Below are positions 12,146-25,719 of a stretch of 64,000 bases of DNA, in pieces. The position numbers and the translations under genes were made by a program. Below the pieces are notes generated by a model that saw only the letters and a list, made by a program, of their open reading frames with translations, searched no databases and was not told the origin of the DNA. This DNA is from Narcine bancroftii. Taxonomy: Eukaryota. Positions within the stretch are counted from its first letter, which is position 1, and each line of letters begins with the position of its first letter. Location: positions 261,082,001 through 261,146,000 of the forward strand of contig NC_091471.1 in assembly GCF_036971445.1 (NCBI RefSeq), written 5' to 3'.

Positions 12146-14262
12146 GTTGGTGTCGTGGTGATTGTTTGGGACGGAAAGGGCGAGTTAATTGGAATTTCGG
12201 GGTTGTTGGAGAGAGGGAGAGAAAAAACTCTCCCAGTAACCTATTTTTTTGTGATTAAAGGTGAAGGGATTATTCGGAGTTCTTATTTTGCCCTGAAAAT
12301 CCAGACAATTTGGTTAACTGCAGTTATGGAGAGGGGAGTATCAAACATATTTGATCATAATTAACAGCTAAATCTATATTCATTCGCTTAAAGTTATTTT
12401 CCTTCAGCACGCCCCCTTTTACTGAGCCTATGTTGTTGATTAGGAACTGGTCCCAGTCATTTGTTATCTTCAGAGGAGAGAGATCACGCCTGTGGTCGTT
12501 TTCTTCACAGAGAAAAAAAACATCAGCCAGTTTCACGTGAAAATGTTTTTAAATCTAGAATGCAGCTTCGTTGTTCCTCCCCACTCCCATGGTCAAACGT
12601 AGATAGCAGAGTTGGTTACATTTAATTACAGACATTTTTCCAAAAATTTTGTTTTTGCTTACAGGTTCTTGAAGGTTATATATTTTGCCGAGGTGGCATT
12701 TGCCTCTCTGTGCAATGAAACTTTGAATCTGTAACTGTTTAGACGAAGTTACATGTCCAGATTGTCAGGAGCGGGCATTTTCACTTTATAGTATCTACCA
12801 CATCGAATTTTTGTCGGATGCAAGAAAACTTGGTGTTTTACAGGCACATTGTGCTCATGCATTCTCCTTGAAAGAACTGTCTGATTAGTTGAGATTTCCT
12901 GATCAAAATCTTTTTATGTTATTTTCTTTTAAAGTCTTATCAGATTCTCTCTTAAAAGTTTCTCTTGAAACTGCATTTCAGATCACAGTTGTTTAATGTC
13001 CTCTAGGTCTTTAGACATTGTTGTAATTCTGGGGTGCTTTGATTTCTAATCTGCTTTTAAAGTAAAGAGATATAACTACAGTTCACATTTGAGACTTCTG
13101 TGAGCTTTCATCCCAAGAATACTCTCCGGCAAGGAAAACTTGACCAACTTTCCCAGTTTTTTTTATCCACTGGTGATTCCAGTAACCCTCACTTACTCCA
13201 AGGTTATTCCATTCTTCCAAAAATATGATGCTTCAAAATTAATACAGTATTCTAAGCTTTATTCAATCTTTTAGAAGCTTGGTGTGGATTCTTAACTCCT
13301 GATTCTTGAGACCTAGGTCTCATTTTGTAAAGTCTCTGACTAGTCACAAAATAGCCATAAACCACATTCTTGCATCATACTGAGAGTACCCAAAAAAGGT
13401 TGCTTCAAGGGATGTCTTTTCCTCTGTTGCTTTCTGTTACCAAATATCTACATATACATGGTGCTACATTTTTTCAGAATATAGTGTTACATCCCCCAGG
13501 AGTTTCTTGGTATACTTTGATTTCTCATTATACTCAAAACTTTGGAAACCCAATATCTGCAAAATCGTGTTCATCTACCACTATGTTCCTGCTGCTCTAT
13601 TCTGGATTATGATTAAGCAATGCCTTGACATTTTAAAATTTTCTTCATTTTCAAATCATTTTATTGTTTTACCTGTCCCTATCTTTGTAATCTCCATCAG
13701 CCCTATAGTTCTGCATTCTTGCAATTTGGGTTTCTTGGATATACATAAATTTAATCGATCCAGCATTGTTTTCAACTTCAAATGTTCTGAAATTTGAATG
13801 TCTCTTTTAAAACATCTTTGTCTCTCTTACTTCTATAAGATACTTAAAACCAGCTTTCTTTAACCAATCTTTGACAGGCATTTATCGCCCATTCTTAATT
13901 ACCTGTTACACTAACATCAAATTGGGTAAGGATTTTGAATTTCCTTATCTGAAAGTAGCCTGGTGGATTTCTATGAAACTTATTCTTTTACATTCATCAT
14001 TATTAATACATTCTTAAAGTATTTTTATTGTCTAACATATAAATCCTACTAACAAAATCTTCTAATATAACAAATTACAGGTACATATACATATCAATTA
14101 ATATAAATGTAAATGGAAAAATCTATCCATATTTGTTTATTAACAATATTTCTTAAAAATAATTCTGAATAGTAAACAACATTAGACAATCCCTTGGTCT
14201 AAACAAAGGGTAAATCCTGTCTGATGATATATGACAACATAATTAAATCCATATTTAACAAG

Positions 14263-14571
14263 TTGATAGCTGATCTCTGTGGAGTGTGATGCTTGCTCAT
14301 GACAGTGGTTGGTGGAACTGACCAGCCCAGGTGCCTTTAGGTTATAAATTTCAGCACCAGTGGTCTTAGAAATAAAACTGTTTTGGATTTTAGAAAATGA
14401 ACCTCTTTAATCAGTGCTTGAATTCAAATAAGTGAAAATTATCCAAAGCTTATTGATATTTTCATTGTAATAATATACAATTATATGGGGAAGTGTGGTA
14501 AGCATTTTGTGTCAGACCTATTTGGCTATCTTTTAACAGGTCTGAATGGGATGTAGATTTTTGTAAATGAA
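14263..14571 (-). repeat. Inverted repeat arm B (309 bp) in SUGP1 intron 1
   Basis: Reverse complement of 9670-9978. Confidence 0.95.
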
Positions 14572-15050
14572 GGTTACCGTAAAGAAAAGGATGTAAAGGT
14601 ACGAACCAAATAATGACCTTCAGAAACTAGACAGAGAATCACCGGAGTATCCAAACTTCTTAAATCTTCCAATCATGATAATATTCTATGAATGGCCCCA
14701 CATCTTTTCAAATTGAAGCTTTCTATCTATAATGTTGTGTCTCATTTTCTTCAAGTTGTAACCAATGTGTATGAGTAGGTTAAGAGTCATCTTTCCATTT
14801 CATTAAAATTGCTCGCCTGGCTATCAACGTGACAAAAGCTAAAACTTTCTCCTGAGATGCAGACAGAGATATGTCCGGTTCACTAGAAAAATCAAACAAG
14901 GCAATTAAAGGGCATGGTTCTATTTTGCTCTTAAAAGTTGTTGATAAAGTTTTGAAAATTTTTTCCCAAAATCTTCCTAAATTGGGGCACTCCCAAAACA
15001 TGTGAATCAACGAAACTTCAAAAATTTTACACTTCTCACATTTTACTTTA

Positions 15051-15975
15051 CTTTGGCTTGGCTTCGCGGACGAAGATTTATGGAGGGGGTAAAAAGTCCA
15101 CGTCAGCTGCAGGCTCGTTTGTGGCTGACCAGTCCGATGCGGGACAGGCAGACACGATTGCAGCGGTTGCAAGGGAAAATTGGTTGGTTGGGGTTGGGTG
15201 TTGGGTTTTTCCTCCTTTGCCTTTTGTCAGTGAGGTGGGCTCTGCGGTCTTCTTCAAAGGAGGCTGCTGCCCGCCAAACTGTGAGGCGCCAAGATGCACG
15301 GTTTGAGGCGTTATCAGCTCACTGGCGGTGGTCAATGTGGCAGGCACCAAGAGATTTCTTTAGGCAGTCCTTGTACCTTTTCTTTGGTGCACCTCTGTCA
15401 CGGTGGCCAGTGGAGAGCTCGCCATATAATACGATCTTGGGAAGGCGATGGTCCTCCATTCTGAAGACGTGACCCATCCAGCGCAGCTGGATCTTCAGCA
15501 GCGTGGACTCGATGCTGTCGACCTCTGCCATCTCGAGTACCTCGACGTTAGGGGTGTGAGCGCTCCAATGGATGTTGAGGATGGAGCGGAGACAACGCTG
15601 GTGGAAGCGTTCTAGGAGCCGTAGGTGGTGCCGGTAGAGGACCCATGATTCGGAGCCGAACAGGAGTGTGGGTATGACAACGGCTCTGTATACGCTTATC
15701 TTTGTGAGGTTTTTCAGTTGGTTGTTTTTCCAGACTCTTTTGTGTAGTCTTCCAAAGGCGCTATTTGCCTTGGCGAGTCTGTTGTCTATCTCATTGTCGA
15801 TCCTTGCATCTGATGAAATGGTGCAGCCGAGATAGGTAAACTGGTTGACCGTTTTGAGTTTTGTGTGCCCGATGGAGATGTGGGGGGGCTGGTAGTCATG
15901 GTGGGGAGCTGGCTGATGGAGGACCTCAGTTTTCTTCAGGCTGACTTCCAGGCCAAACATTTTGGCAGTTTCCGC
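15051..15975 (-). mobile_element. 5'-truncated RTE-clade LINE
   Basis: FTYLGCTIS...RLAKANSAFGRL...RLPKIVLYGEL...CNRCNRVC; near-identical to 45162-46722. Confidence 0.92.
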
Positions 15976-17033
15976 GATCAACATCTACATAAAAATGTGG
16001 ACATGTTTATTCTATGTACTGCCTTAAATTTTAATAAACAATGCCTTGCACAAAATGAGGAATCATTATCAAGCTAAGAATAGAGTACAATCTTCATCTA
16101 AAAATGTTATATTCCAATCACATTCTTAATTGTTCATAATTCCAGCCATTAAATCCAATAAGTCGTTATAAATGCATGATATTAATCCACCCTGAACAAA
16201 CCGTAAATTAAAAAATATATCAAGAATATTTGAGGAAAATAAGTAAGTTTAGACTGAACAAAATGTCTAACTTGTAAATATATTTTAAAAAGTCTATTAG
16301 AAAGATTAAATTTAGCTGACAATTGTTCTGAAGAGGCAAAGTTATCAAGAACAAAAAGATCTTTATAACTTTTAATACCTAATCTTTACCATTCCTTAAA
16401 GGCTGTATCTAACACAGATGGCTGAAGAAGATGATTATCTATAATGGGACTAGCAAGAGAAAAACAGTAACCAAAAATTCTAAATTTCTTTAACTCATTA
16501 GATTTGGTTATTTCTTCATACATATTGCAGGGAAAACAACCACATATAAATAAATCCCATCTTCAAAAGACTAAAAGGAATGGGGGACTATCACTTCCAA
16601 ATTTTAGATTTTATTATTAATATGATTAATATGTGTTATTTACTTTTATTATTACATTTTGATACATAATCAGTGAATCGCCCTTCTTGGGTAGAAATGG
16701 AACTGGTTTTCTAAAAAAATCATTGATGTCGGCAATTTTAACTCTTTTCCTTTTCTAATTGATACATCATTATTAATACTTATTTTTATCCAGATTTATT
16801 TATTTGCATTTAGTTTCTGTAGTGGGATTTGAACCATCTCCAGTTCATGGTTAATAGTCCAGTAACATAACTGCAATGATAGTGCACCACATGGATTGAG
16901 TTTATTGGAGGTCGGAATATTTTGCATTGTGCTCCTACTGACTGCAGAAGACTGATCAGTATTGTGCCTTTTTTTTTACTTCTTAAGTATCTTCTGCTTT
17001 TTTTTTTGGATTTTGTCTTTTTCCTCATTGCAG

Positions 17034-17235
17034 GAAAAACTGGTGGGACTCTCAAATCCAGTGGTGAGCGCTCTTTTAGTCTGGAACGTCTAGGTTCTTC
17101 CAACAGACCAAATAAACTGTATGTGAACCTAATGAAACAAGAGGAGCTGATAGCACAGAAGAAAAAAGAAATTGAGGCCAAAATGGAAAAGGCGAAGAAG
17201 GGCAGTTTTACAAAGCTGCAAACAGCACCTGTTCA
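17034..17235 (+). CDS. SUGP1: SUGP1 exon 2
   Basis: cattgcag|GKTGG...NLMKQEELIAQKKKEIEAKME...CA|gtaagt. Confidence 0.92.
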
Positions 17236-17629
17236 GTAAGTGCTAGTAAATGCTTCCAATTGTTAGTATTTGGGTCACTTCACATCTGACTAATTTATAT
17301 AATTTGCAATGGATAGAGTATTATGTCTGGAGCATTCATGGGATTCTTGAATATTTGGTAACGTGTTAAATTAGCATCACCCTTACTTTAAGGTTGTGCT
17401 GTGTGACCTGAGTTCCTTCAGCACTTTGGTGTATTGCATTACACTCACAGCATCTGCAGACTTTCTTGTTGAAATCCCATTTCCTCTTTCACACCCTCTT
17501 AGAATTTTATTCATTTCACCTCTTTTTCTAAATTCATGAGAATAGAGGCACACCCTATTCACTCTCTCCTTTGATTAACATGATATTTCAGGAACCTATC
17601 AGAATATTCCTGTAATTTTAAATTAAATT

Positions 17630-17858
17630 TTTAATTTAGACATACTGGCCCTTTTGGCTCACAAGTCCATGCCACCCCAAATACCCCTAATTGACTTACA
17701 CCCCCAGTAGCTTTTTCAACAGTGGGAGGAAACTGGACCACCCGGAGGAAACAGATGCAGATGGAGAACATACAAATTCCTTACAAACAGTATGGGATTC
17801 GAATCCCGGTTGCTGGCACTGTAACAGCGCTGAGCTAACCGCTACACTAACCATGCCA
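17630..17858 (-). mobile_element. tRNA-derived SINE
   Basis: Reverse-strand tRNA head with A/B boxes (tggcatggttagtgtagcggttagc...gggattcgaatccc) and shared SINE body. Confidence 0.65.
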
Positions 17859-18674
17859 CATATTTTTTTCAGTACAAAGACCTAGACACTAAACAATACC
17901 TTGTGTGTTGACACCAATGCCCTGTCTAATTGTAGTATGAGATCTTTACTCTGAAATCCCTTCTCCTGGGGGCTGGAAAATCCTTCTATTTCTCCATATT
18001 TTAAAGACCAAGATCAAAAGCTTCTTTGATAGATGTTACTGAATATTAAAGCTCAATAAATATTATTGATATTGCAATCTTATAGGATTTGGAGGAGGCA
18101 ATTGAGGTCAAATGGCCTAATCCTACATTCCCTTAATATTAATTTAAATTAAATCATTTTGCAATAAAAGCCAATGTGTTGTTTGCTTTCCAAATAATCT
18201 GCGGTACCTGCATATTATCCAACAGTAACTTTGAAGCAGGAGCAACCTATTCCATATATGGACACTTATATTTCTCAATCTTTTGCCAATTTTTTTTCAG
18301 CACCTGTTATTTCTACCATTATTTTTCTCCCAACTACACTGTTTTTGTCTATTTACTTTTCTATACTCTTTGAACCTGCATCTCATCATTAAATTGATAT
18401 TTTCCACTCATCTTTGTGATGTTGGCAATCTTGGAAGTATTACTTTTGGTCTCCTCATCGAGATTATTGATTTTGATTATGAACGGTTAGGTGTATGAAC
18501 AGTTATGTCCTGACCCTGATCCCTGAAGTACTCCATTGGTTACTGCCTGTCCCACATCCTCCTGGATTTTTGTCTTCTGGAAAGCATCTGCTTAATTCCT
18601 CTAGCAATTTTGTATTTGCCATTATAAATGTTCCTGTCCAGACTTGCATTTGCTCTCGATAGCATTTTAATTTT

Positions 18675-18900
18675 GGATGGCACAGTTGGTGTAGCAGTCA
18701 GCGCAATGCCAGCGACCAGGACTGGGGTTCATATCCTGTGCTATCTTTAAGGAGTTTGTACATTCTCCCTGTGTCATGTGGGTTTTCCCTAGGGCTCCAG
18801 TTTCCTCCCACCGTTTAAAATGTACTGGGGGTGTAGGGTAATTGGGTGTAAATTGGGCGGCACAGAATGAGCCGAAATGCCGTTTCCTGTATGTCTAAAT
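18675..18900 (+). mobile_element. tRNA-derived SINE
   Basis: ggcacagttggtgtagc...ggggttcatatcc...ggagtttgtacattctccctgtg...ctccagtttcctccca; same family as 17630. Confidence 0.65.
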
Positions 18901-21171
18901 TTTTAAAAAATTAAATATAAAAAATTTAACTATAGAAACTTGTATTTGCTTTGTATGTTTCTCACTCGTTTAGTCTCATTCTATTTTCTTTTTTTTATTT
19001 TTTTTCTTGGTCATCTTTTCTGAATTCTTGAAGATTTCCAGTCTATCAGGATTTTCCGGTGATTCATCGTTGGACTACTTTACCTGTTGTACATCATGGA
19101 TTACAGTATTTGTTTAAACGATAGCCCATTGTCTACTAATATTGTACCCTTCCATGTAGTTTCACAGCCTACCATAACCAATCTCCTAATTTCTATTTTG
19201 AGTCATGGTTTCCACTTAAACTACATCAATGTTAAAATTAATGTAAAATTATTTCATGTTATTGTTATGCTTTTTAATGGAGCCCCTTCGAGAAAGTAGA
19301 TTTTAGAATATCATCAAAATGTAATTTTTAAAATGATGACTGGAAGGGAAAGGGGGGCTGCATTTCTTTCTTGTCCTCAACGGGAGCTGATAAGAAGATC
19401 CTTATTTGGTAGGTGATGTGAAAATAATTGAAGATTCCTGAGAATTTTAAGGAATATATACCTGTATGGAGTAGTCTATTCAAATGTTCCAGAAACTAGA
19501 GATAAATTAGATAATTTTGTAAGATATGAGTTTTGTGGTAAATTAGCAGCTTTTGGCTGTGCTTTTTGCTGTAACGGAGTTCTCAAACTTTGCAAAGTGA
19601 TTAAAAGGTTTTTTTTTCAGTTCCATCCATATTAGCTTTGGACGAACTTCAGATCTACTTTAAAACCTGCATAACGGGATTAGCTCCAAAGTAGTTCCTT
19701 GACATATTGGCCTAAAAATCGACCTCATTTACATATTCTCAATATTATAAGTATGAATTTAATTTCCCCAATTTCTCTGTCAATTAAAGTCCCATGTGAT
19801 TACTATGTCTTCTTTGTTTCATGCACTCCAATGTATTTATACTGTCCTATATCACAACTTCTATTTTGAGGCTGATAAACAATTCCCATTTTTGATTCTA
19901 TTCCTTTTTTTCCTAAGATCCACCAAAAAATATTTTAGTTCTTCACCACGATTGCCAAAGCAATATCTTTTCTGACTACTCTACATATATATCATCTCTT
20001 ATATAAGAGTACTACCTCTCATTTTTTCATGCTCTTGCTAAATGTTGAATACTCTTCAGAACTTTTTATCTGAGTAAACAATGGAGGCTGAGTCATTGTA
20101 TAAATTCAGGATTGAGAAAAGCTCCTATCAATATACTTAAACAAAACTGCATTGGTTCTTCTTACTACACTGAGGTGACAGTTGAAGAACAATGTGCCTC
20201 TGATGGAGGCAATTTGGTTTTTTAATCATTGTACCAGTTATCTATAGATTTGCACTTCCATGCTCTTCCTCAGTTTTTTTTCCTTGTCACCTTTCAAATC
20301 CTTCATTCTCTTTTGAACATTGCTACTGCATGGGCTTCCAACGCTTTCTCAGTAGCTTGTGGTGTACAGGATAAAATCCCCATGTTGGCTCCGCCAAACA
20401 GCAATAAATAGTCTTCTCAAGATATTTTCTGAAGCTGAGAAACAAAATCTGGAGATGCTGAATCTTGAGCAAACAAAGAATTGCTGGAGGAACTCAGCAG
20501 ATCAAACAGCATCCACGATCAATGTTGTTGATTGACTGTTTCTACTCATGGATGCTGTCTGTGGTGTTCTCTAGCAATTCTTTGTCTGCTGTTCTCTTGT
20601 TGCTGGAATTAGTTCTTGATTGTTTTGTTAAAAGCATTAATTAATTTTGAACAAATCTGCCACATGATTTCCACTGCTTTAAACCACAATCCCATCTCTT
20701 CTCACCACTGAACTGAGCTCCATGATAATACCTCACGATATCAAAGACGACCATTTGCTGAATCGTAGGAAGTACTTTCTTGTGGCTCCACGTAATGACT
20801 TTTTTTTTCGTAACTTTTGGAAAATTTTCCTTTTGAATGCTCTACCATACTCTGGACCTTAGTGGCCACTGCCTCACTAAAATTTTGGTTCTGCAGATGA
20901 GTCTTTGAATTCCCCCTCCTTCAAGCTCACCGGATAAAATAAATAGCTGGAGATGGCCTACATCATATAGTCCTTTGTACAGATATTCTTTCATGGCAAC
21001 TCTTCTCTGTATTGACACTTTCTAAAACCTTCTAAGTACTATTGACTTTCAACCCATTGGGTCCAATGTTAATTCTATTGATAGCAACTTCAATGAATTT
21101 TGACGTTTGTATCAAGCCCTTGATTTTTGCAGATTAGTGTTGAATTCATTGATATTCTAACTATTCTGCAG

Positions 21172-21266
21172 GGATAGTGACCAAATAAACTCATCTAACA
21201 AATTTGCCAATGATGGGAGTTTCCTGCAGGAGTTTCTGAAGATGCAGAAAGAAAAAGCAAGTTCAG
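21172..21266 (+). CDS. SUGP1: SUGP1 exon 3
   Basis: SNKFANDGSFLQEFLKMQK; AG/GT boundaries, phases 2 and 1. Confidence 0.93.
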
Positions 21267-21656
21267 GTGAGGAGAGTTTGGAATGCAAAAAAGTTGATGA
21301 GTTCACTGTGGAGATCTGAGGCCTGCTGAAAGACCAGCATTTGGAATGCTGTGGTCACCACAGTGCCCTGATTTTTTAAAATCTCAGTAGGTCAGGCAAT
21401 GTTTGCTGGAATACTTGATTTAAGAATGAATGATGGAATTAGTCATTGTAAAATCATACATTTTCCTAGTTGTATTTCAAAGGTGGTATGATTGGGAATC
21501 GGGGAATTTACTCCTGGATTTCAAGTATAGTTAGAAATTTAACTCTTGCAGCAAAGCTTTGGCAATAAGTAGATTGGCAATTTTAAATGCAACTTCTTGG
21601 TGAGTGCTTTTGACTGCAGCAACAGATCCACTGATTTGAGACTTTTTACTGAAAAG

Positions 21657-21902
21657 GGGGTCCAACTGGTAATGGCAGCAACACCACTAGCCCTTCTGGA
21701 ACCCAGTCGCAGAAGAGACAAGTTCTAATCGGGAAGCGACCAGGCCTAGGAATGAGCTTGTTAGGCAGCACTTTAGGCCAAATGAAGAACTACACCCACG
21801 CCAAGCAAACACCAGTTGCCAACCGTCCCAGAGTTTTCCAGTCGCCAGATGACGATGATGAGGAAGAGGATGATGATCTGGAAGAGTGGGCAGAAGTAAA
21901 AG
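21657..21902 (+). CDS. SUGP1: SUGP1 exon 4
   Basis: ...[57 protein letters not shown]|gtaagt; acceptor tactgaaaag. Confidence 0.88.
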
Positions 21903-24900
21903 GTAAGTCGCAGCACTTAAACTCTAAAACTGTACATTAGATTTTAGCTGCTGTCATGCAATGAGTAAGGAATCTGGATGGAATTTGAGAAGTTTAGAAA
22001 CTTGGCAGTGCTGCAGACAAAAGTTTTTTCTTAAGGTTATTGACTTGTACCACAATTCGAGTCAGTGGACTGTGATAACTTGGCTTAAGGTTGGGATGGC
22101 AGTCAGAATTCCACTTACACATGCCATTCTCTCATCTTCTGTTGCATTCAGTTCTTTTTCCACATTGGGGTAAAATTGGTTGCTATATTTCCAAAATGGT
22201 GATGAGACAATGCTTCTGAAGTATTTCAGCCATTGTACAGTGTATTCCAGTATCCTGAAGTTTTGATCATTATATGAAAACCAATTAGATGCTCTTTACA
22301 TTAAAAGAAAAATTCTCACTGTTTCCACTCTTTTCCCATTTCCCCCTGTACATAAGCAGTGGGATCCATAAGGACACTGGGTAACATCATGCACTGCATT
22401 CAACCAAGTGATAGCAAGGACCCTTAGTAAAATTGAATCTAATAGAAAGTTCAGGGAAAAAGTCTTCTTACATGAAAATTGTCTTGTAAGAGACAAATGA
22501 TCTTAAACCCAAGCAATTACTGCATGTGCACTTTGGGACAGTCCTATGTTCAACCATTTTTAACTATCTTTAATTATCACGATTCAGAAGTGAGCAGTGC
22601 CTTTTAATTGTAATGCTCAATTTCAATTTCTGTTCCTTGGAAAATAAAACCAATCATGTCTACTTGAAACCAGGGTAACATATGAGGCATGATGCCATAC
22701 AAATGTCAATTATTATTGCCATCAAGTGAGAATTTAATCACTTCCCCTGAATATTCAACATTGTTTCCATCTCTTGCCCACATTCAGTGTCCTGAGTATC
22801 AATCATAAAGATGAAATTTTCTAGTCCAGCTTGTAAATAACATGCCTATAAATCTAGATCAGTGGCTGGTTTTCCTGAAGTCACTGACTTGCCTTCAGCA
22901 TCTCCACAGCATTTTCCCAAACTGCAAAATGCTTCACACCATTAAAGGGCAAAGGACTTGCATAATTTGCACCACAGAAGACACCTTAAATATTTATTTC
23001 CTACACTGGCTGTAGTTTGCATTGTCAAGAATGAGTACTTTAACGACTTGTGAAGGTTTCTTCGGCATTACCTCCTAGGCAGGACAGCGGTTGATTGTAA
23101 ATGCTAGCATGGTGTCGCTGGCCAATTCACATGCCACTTAAAATGGAAGTATGTCGCTTCCTTAATCATTGCTGCACTAAAATCTTGGAACTCCTCATCA
23201 GAATTCACTATGAGGTGGGCATTAAATTCTGAATTTGTTAATGATGCTGATGCCCTCTGAATTATTTAAAAATAGTTGCTGCCAGGATTTTAGTCACTTA
23301 GGAAAGCTTGCAGTAAGTCATTGTGAAAATATTCCCCAAGCACCATGTTCAAGAGCGGAGAGCATTGGCAGTGGTGGACTGGATGTGCACTTTTATTTGT
23401 AGTTGTTCAGCGGTTACATTAAGTGGCCATTTGCTTCTGTAAAATTCTCTCTCAAGACAAAGGAAAATCGACATTTGGCGAAAGTAATGTCATTGACTTG
23501 GAAAACTGTCAAAGAGCTTAGCAGCCAATTTATCATTCTCATACTATAAGGATAAAAGCGCAGTAAGGATTTGCAAATGGCATCCACCCATAAACTGCAC
23601 TGTGATCATTACTAGAATTAATGTTTACGTATTGGTTTAGGTACTGACATCCACTAAGTTAGAATATAAAGGTAGATGATCAAGAAATATAAACGTAGAT
23701 GGAGTATTTGTAGGTACACAAAAACAAAAAGATGAGTGAGGATAAATTTCTAATCTTAGAGCAACTCAGAAGGAGGCTGTTTAGATCCCCCTCCACCCCC
23801 CCCCCCCCCCATCTCATTTCCTGTGCCCTGCTTTCCTGCCTTTTATTCTCTCTCACATACGCCTGGGAACTTCATTTCCATTGTGAATGGCAATTTACAG
23901 CATCTGTTTTGGCATATGGATGGCATTTGAAGGATACAAAGCCACCTGCAAATATTCAGAGAGCACACAAGGTGCACACAGAAAACATCCAAGGTTTAGA
24001 TGAGAGAATCAAGGATCTGGCAATAATGAACTAAGGATTAGAGAAGATGGTGAGTTTGAAACCTGATAATCTCCAAGTTTTAATGATTTGAAAGAGGTGG
24101 CTTTAGAGATGGTGGGTGCTCTGGTTATCTTCTTTGAAGGTTCCATAGATACTGGAAATGTTCATGTGGATTGGAGGGTAGAAAATTAAGTCCCACTGTT
24201 TGAGAAAGAAAGATGAGAGCTACTGACTTGTTAGCCTAATGTTAGGAGCAATGCTGGAAACCATACAAAGAAATAACAGTAGAACACCTGAATTATTTAG
24301 TTATTCTTTGCGGTGGGCTGCAAATAATTCACTTTTTAAATCTGTGGAAAGAAAGTTGTCTACAGAGCCACAGTGAATTGTGGCTAAATCCAAAATGAGG
24401 AACCATTGAAGAGGTTCCCATGTCTATTATGGACAAAAGAACCAATGAATGGCAATCTCTAGTCATAACATTTGAAGAGTTAAAATTAAAAAGCAACACC
24501 AGTGTGATTTGATTTGCTATTTGGGTGATGAAAACTGAACGAATTGATGCCTTCAAACAAGAATTATATTGGCAGTAGAAATAACTTGCAGGACTACAGT
24601 GAAAGAGCAAGAGAATGCAGCTCAAGGGATTTCTCTGCAAGGAACAAGTGCTAACATTGTATGATAATGCAGCAATGAACAAAAGTTATGCCTAGTTTGT
24701 TATTCAGCCAACATCACTGACTAATTATCTAATAATTATTGCATTGCTATTTATGGGAGTTGCTGGGCATGTTGGCATTTCTTAACTTAAAAGAATTTTC
24801 CCAGATTGAGTTAATGTTCATGAAAGTACATTGAGCCTACAGATTGCTTGTGGGATTTATATCTGGAGAGCACTAATGAAAGCCTCCTTAGCTATGATGA

Positions 24901-25541
24901 GGAGCAAGGAAGTTTTATTTCCTCCAATTTTCTATCATGATTTTTTGAAGTCCGTTTCTCACTGGGCTTCAGTCTCTGAAATCCCCTTTGGTACCTCGTA
25001 AAATTGGTGGCAAAAATTAGCAGAAAATATAGGACTGGCTTTCTAAATCATTAGGAATGACTCAATGCCAAATGTTATCCTGTACTTAGTCAAAAATGCA
25101 TGCCGTGCATGCACTTATTTGCTATTCCAAAAATAGTCACTATCATGAGAAGAGGGAATATGAATTCATCACCCTTGCCCTACCCTGTTTTCTCTCAAAA
25201 TACGTGACCACTTGAACCCATTTTAAGCAGCTAATCTGGCTAAGATCAGCCATCTTTTTGGAAATCAAACTGGAAAGCTGCTGGCCTATAGGGCTGCTGA
25301 AGTCATTAACATTTTATACACCTAGACATTGAAAAAGGACATTTTTGGTGTATTTGGAAGGCAATGAGAAAACTTTACAAATGTAGTATTGATATCGAGT
25401 AGTTTAGAATGCATCTGCATCCTGCTTTTAACCCATAATCTTCCTCTATCCTGCTCTTACACATCTACGTTTGTAGACCTTGTTTGGCTGTTGACTGTAA
25501 GGTGTGTGAGTTGAACTCAAGTACTGATAGCCTGCTTAAAG

Positions 25542-25665
25542 TTTTACCCCCAGAGGACCCGGAAGTGAGGAGTGTCGCAGAGAAGCTGGCAAAATATGTG
25601 GCAGATGGGGGTCATGAAGTTGAAAAGCTTGCCATTCAGAACAACAGAGACAACCCTGCCTTCTC
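25542..25665 (+). CDS. SUGP1: SUGP1 exon 5 (SURP1 N-half)
   Basis: VLPPEDPEVRSVAEKLAKYVADGGHEVEKLAIQNNRDNPAFS|gtgagt. Confidence 0.92.
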
Positions 25666-25719
25666 GTGAGTACTGTTAGTCAATTTAGCCAGTAATGTAG
25701 CTGAAATATATCAAAAAAA

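Larger units (their letters stand above)
13990..16760 (-). mobile_element. Old L1-like LINE ORF2/3' remnant, interrupted by IR arm B and an RTE copy
   Basis: CEKC...SLIHMFWECPNLGRFW...IARRAILMKWK, the L1 ORF2 C-terminal Cys-rich motif; boundaries approximate. Confidence 0.65.

Noticed and set aside
12116-12364. ORF MKLWRWKAIQVG as the SUGP1 start
   Set aside because: Wrong phase for exon 2 at the 12146 donor; the ATG at 12124 fits
15002-15472. Recurrent ORFs such as ...QLQARLWLTSPMRDRQ... and MVPATLTT...
   Set aside because: Antisense or alternate frames of the RTE LINE copies
25472-25541. Duplicated intronic segment as a box C/D snoRNA
   Set aside because: CTGA present but no RTGATGA C box or terminal stem, and it abuts the acceptor
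25484-25541. In-frame upstream extension [18 protein letters not shown] of the SURP exons as protein
   Set aside because: No counterpart in recalled orthologues; the upstream tgtAG enters a different frame that stops
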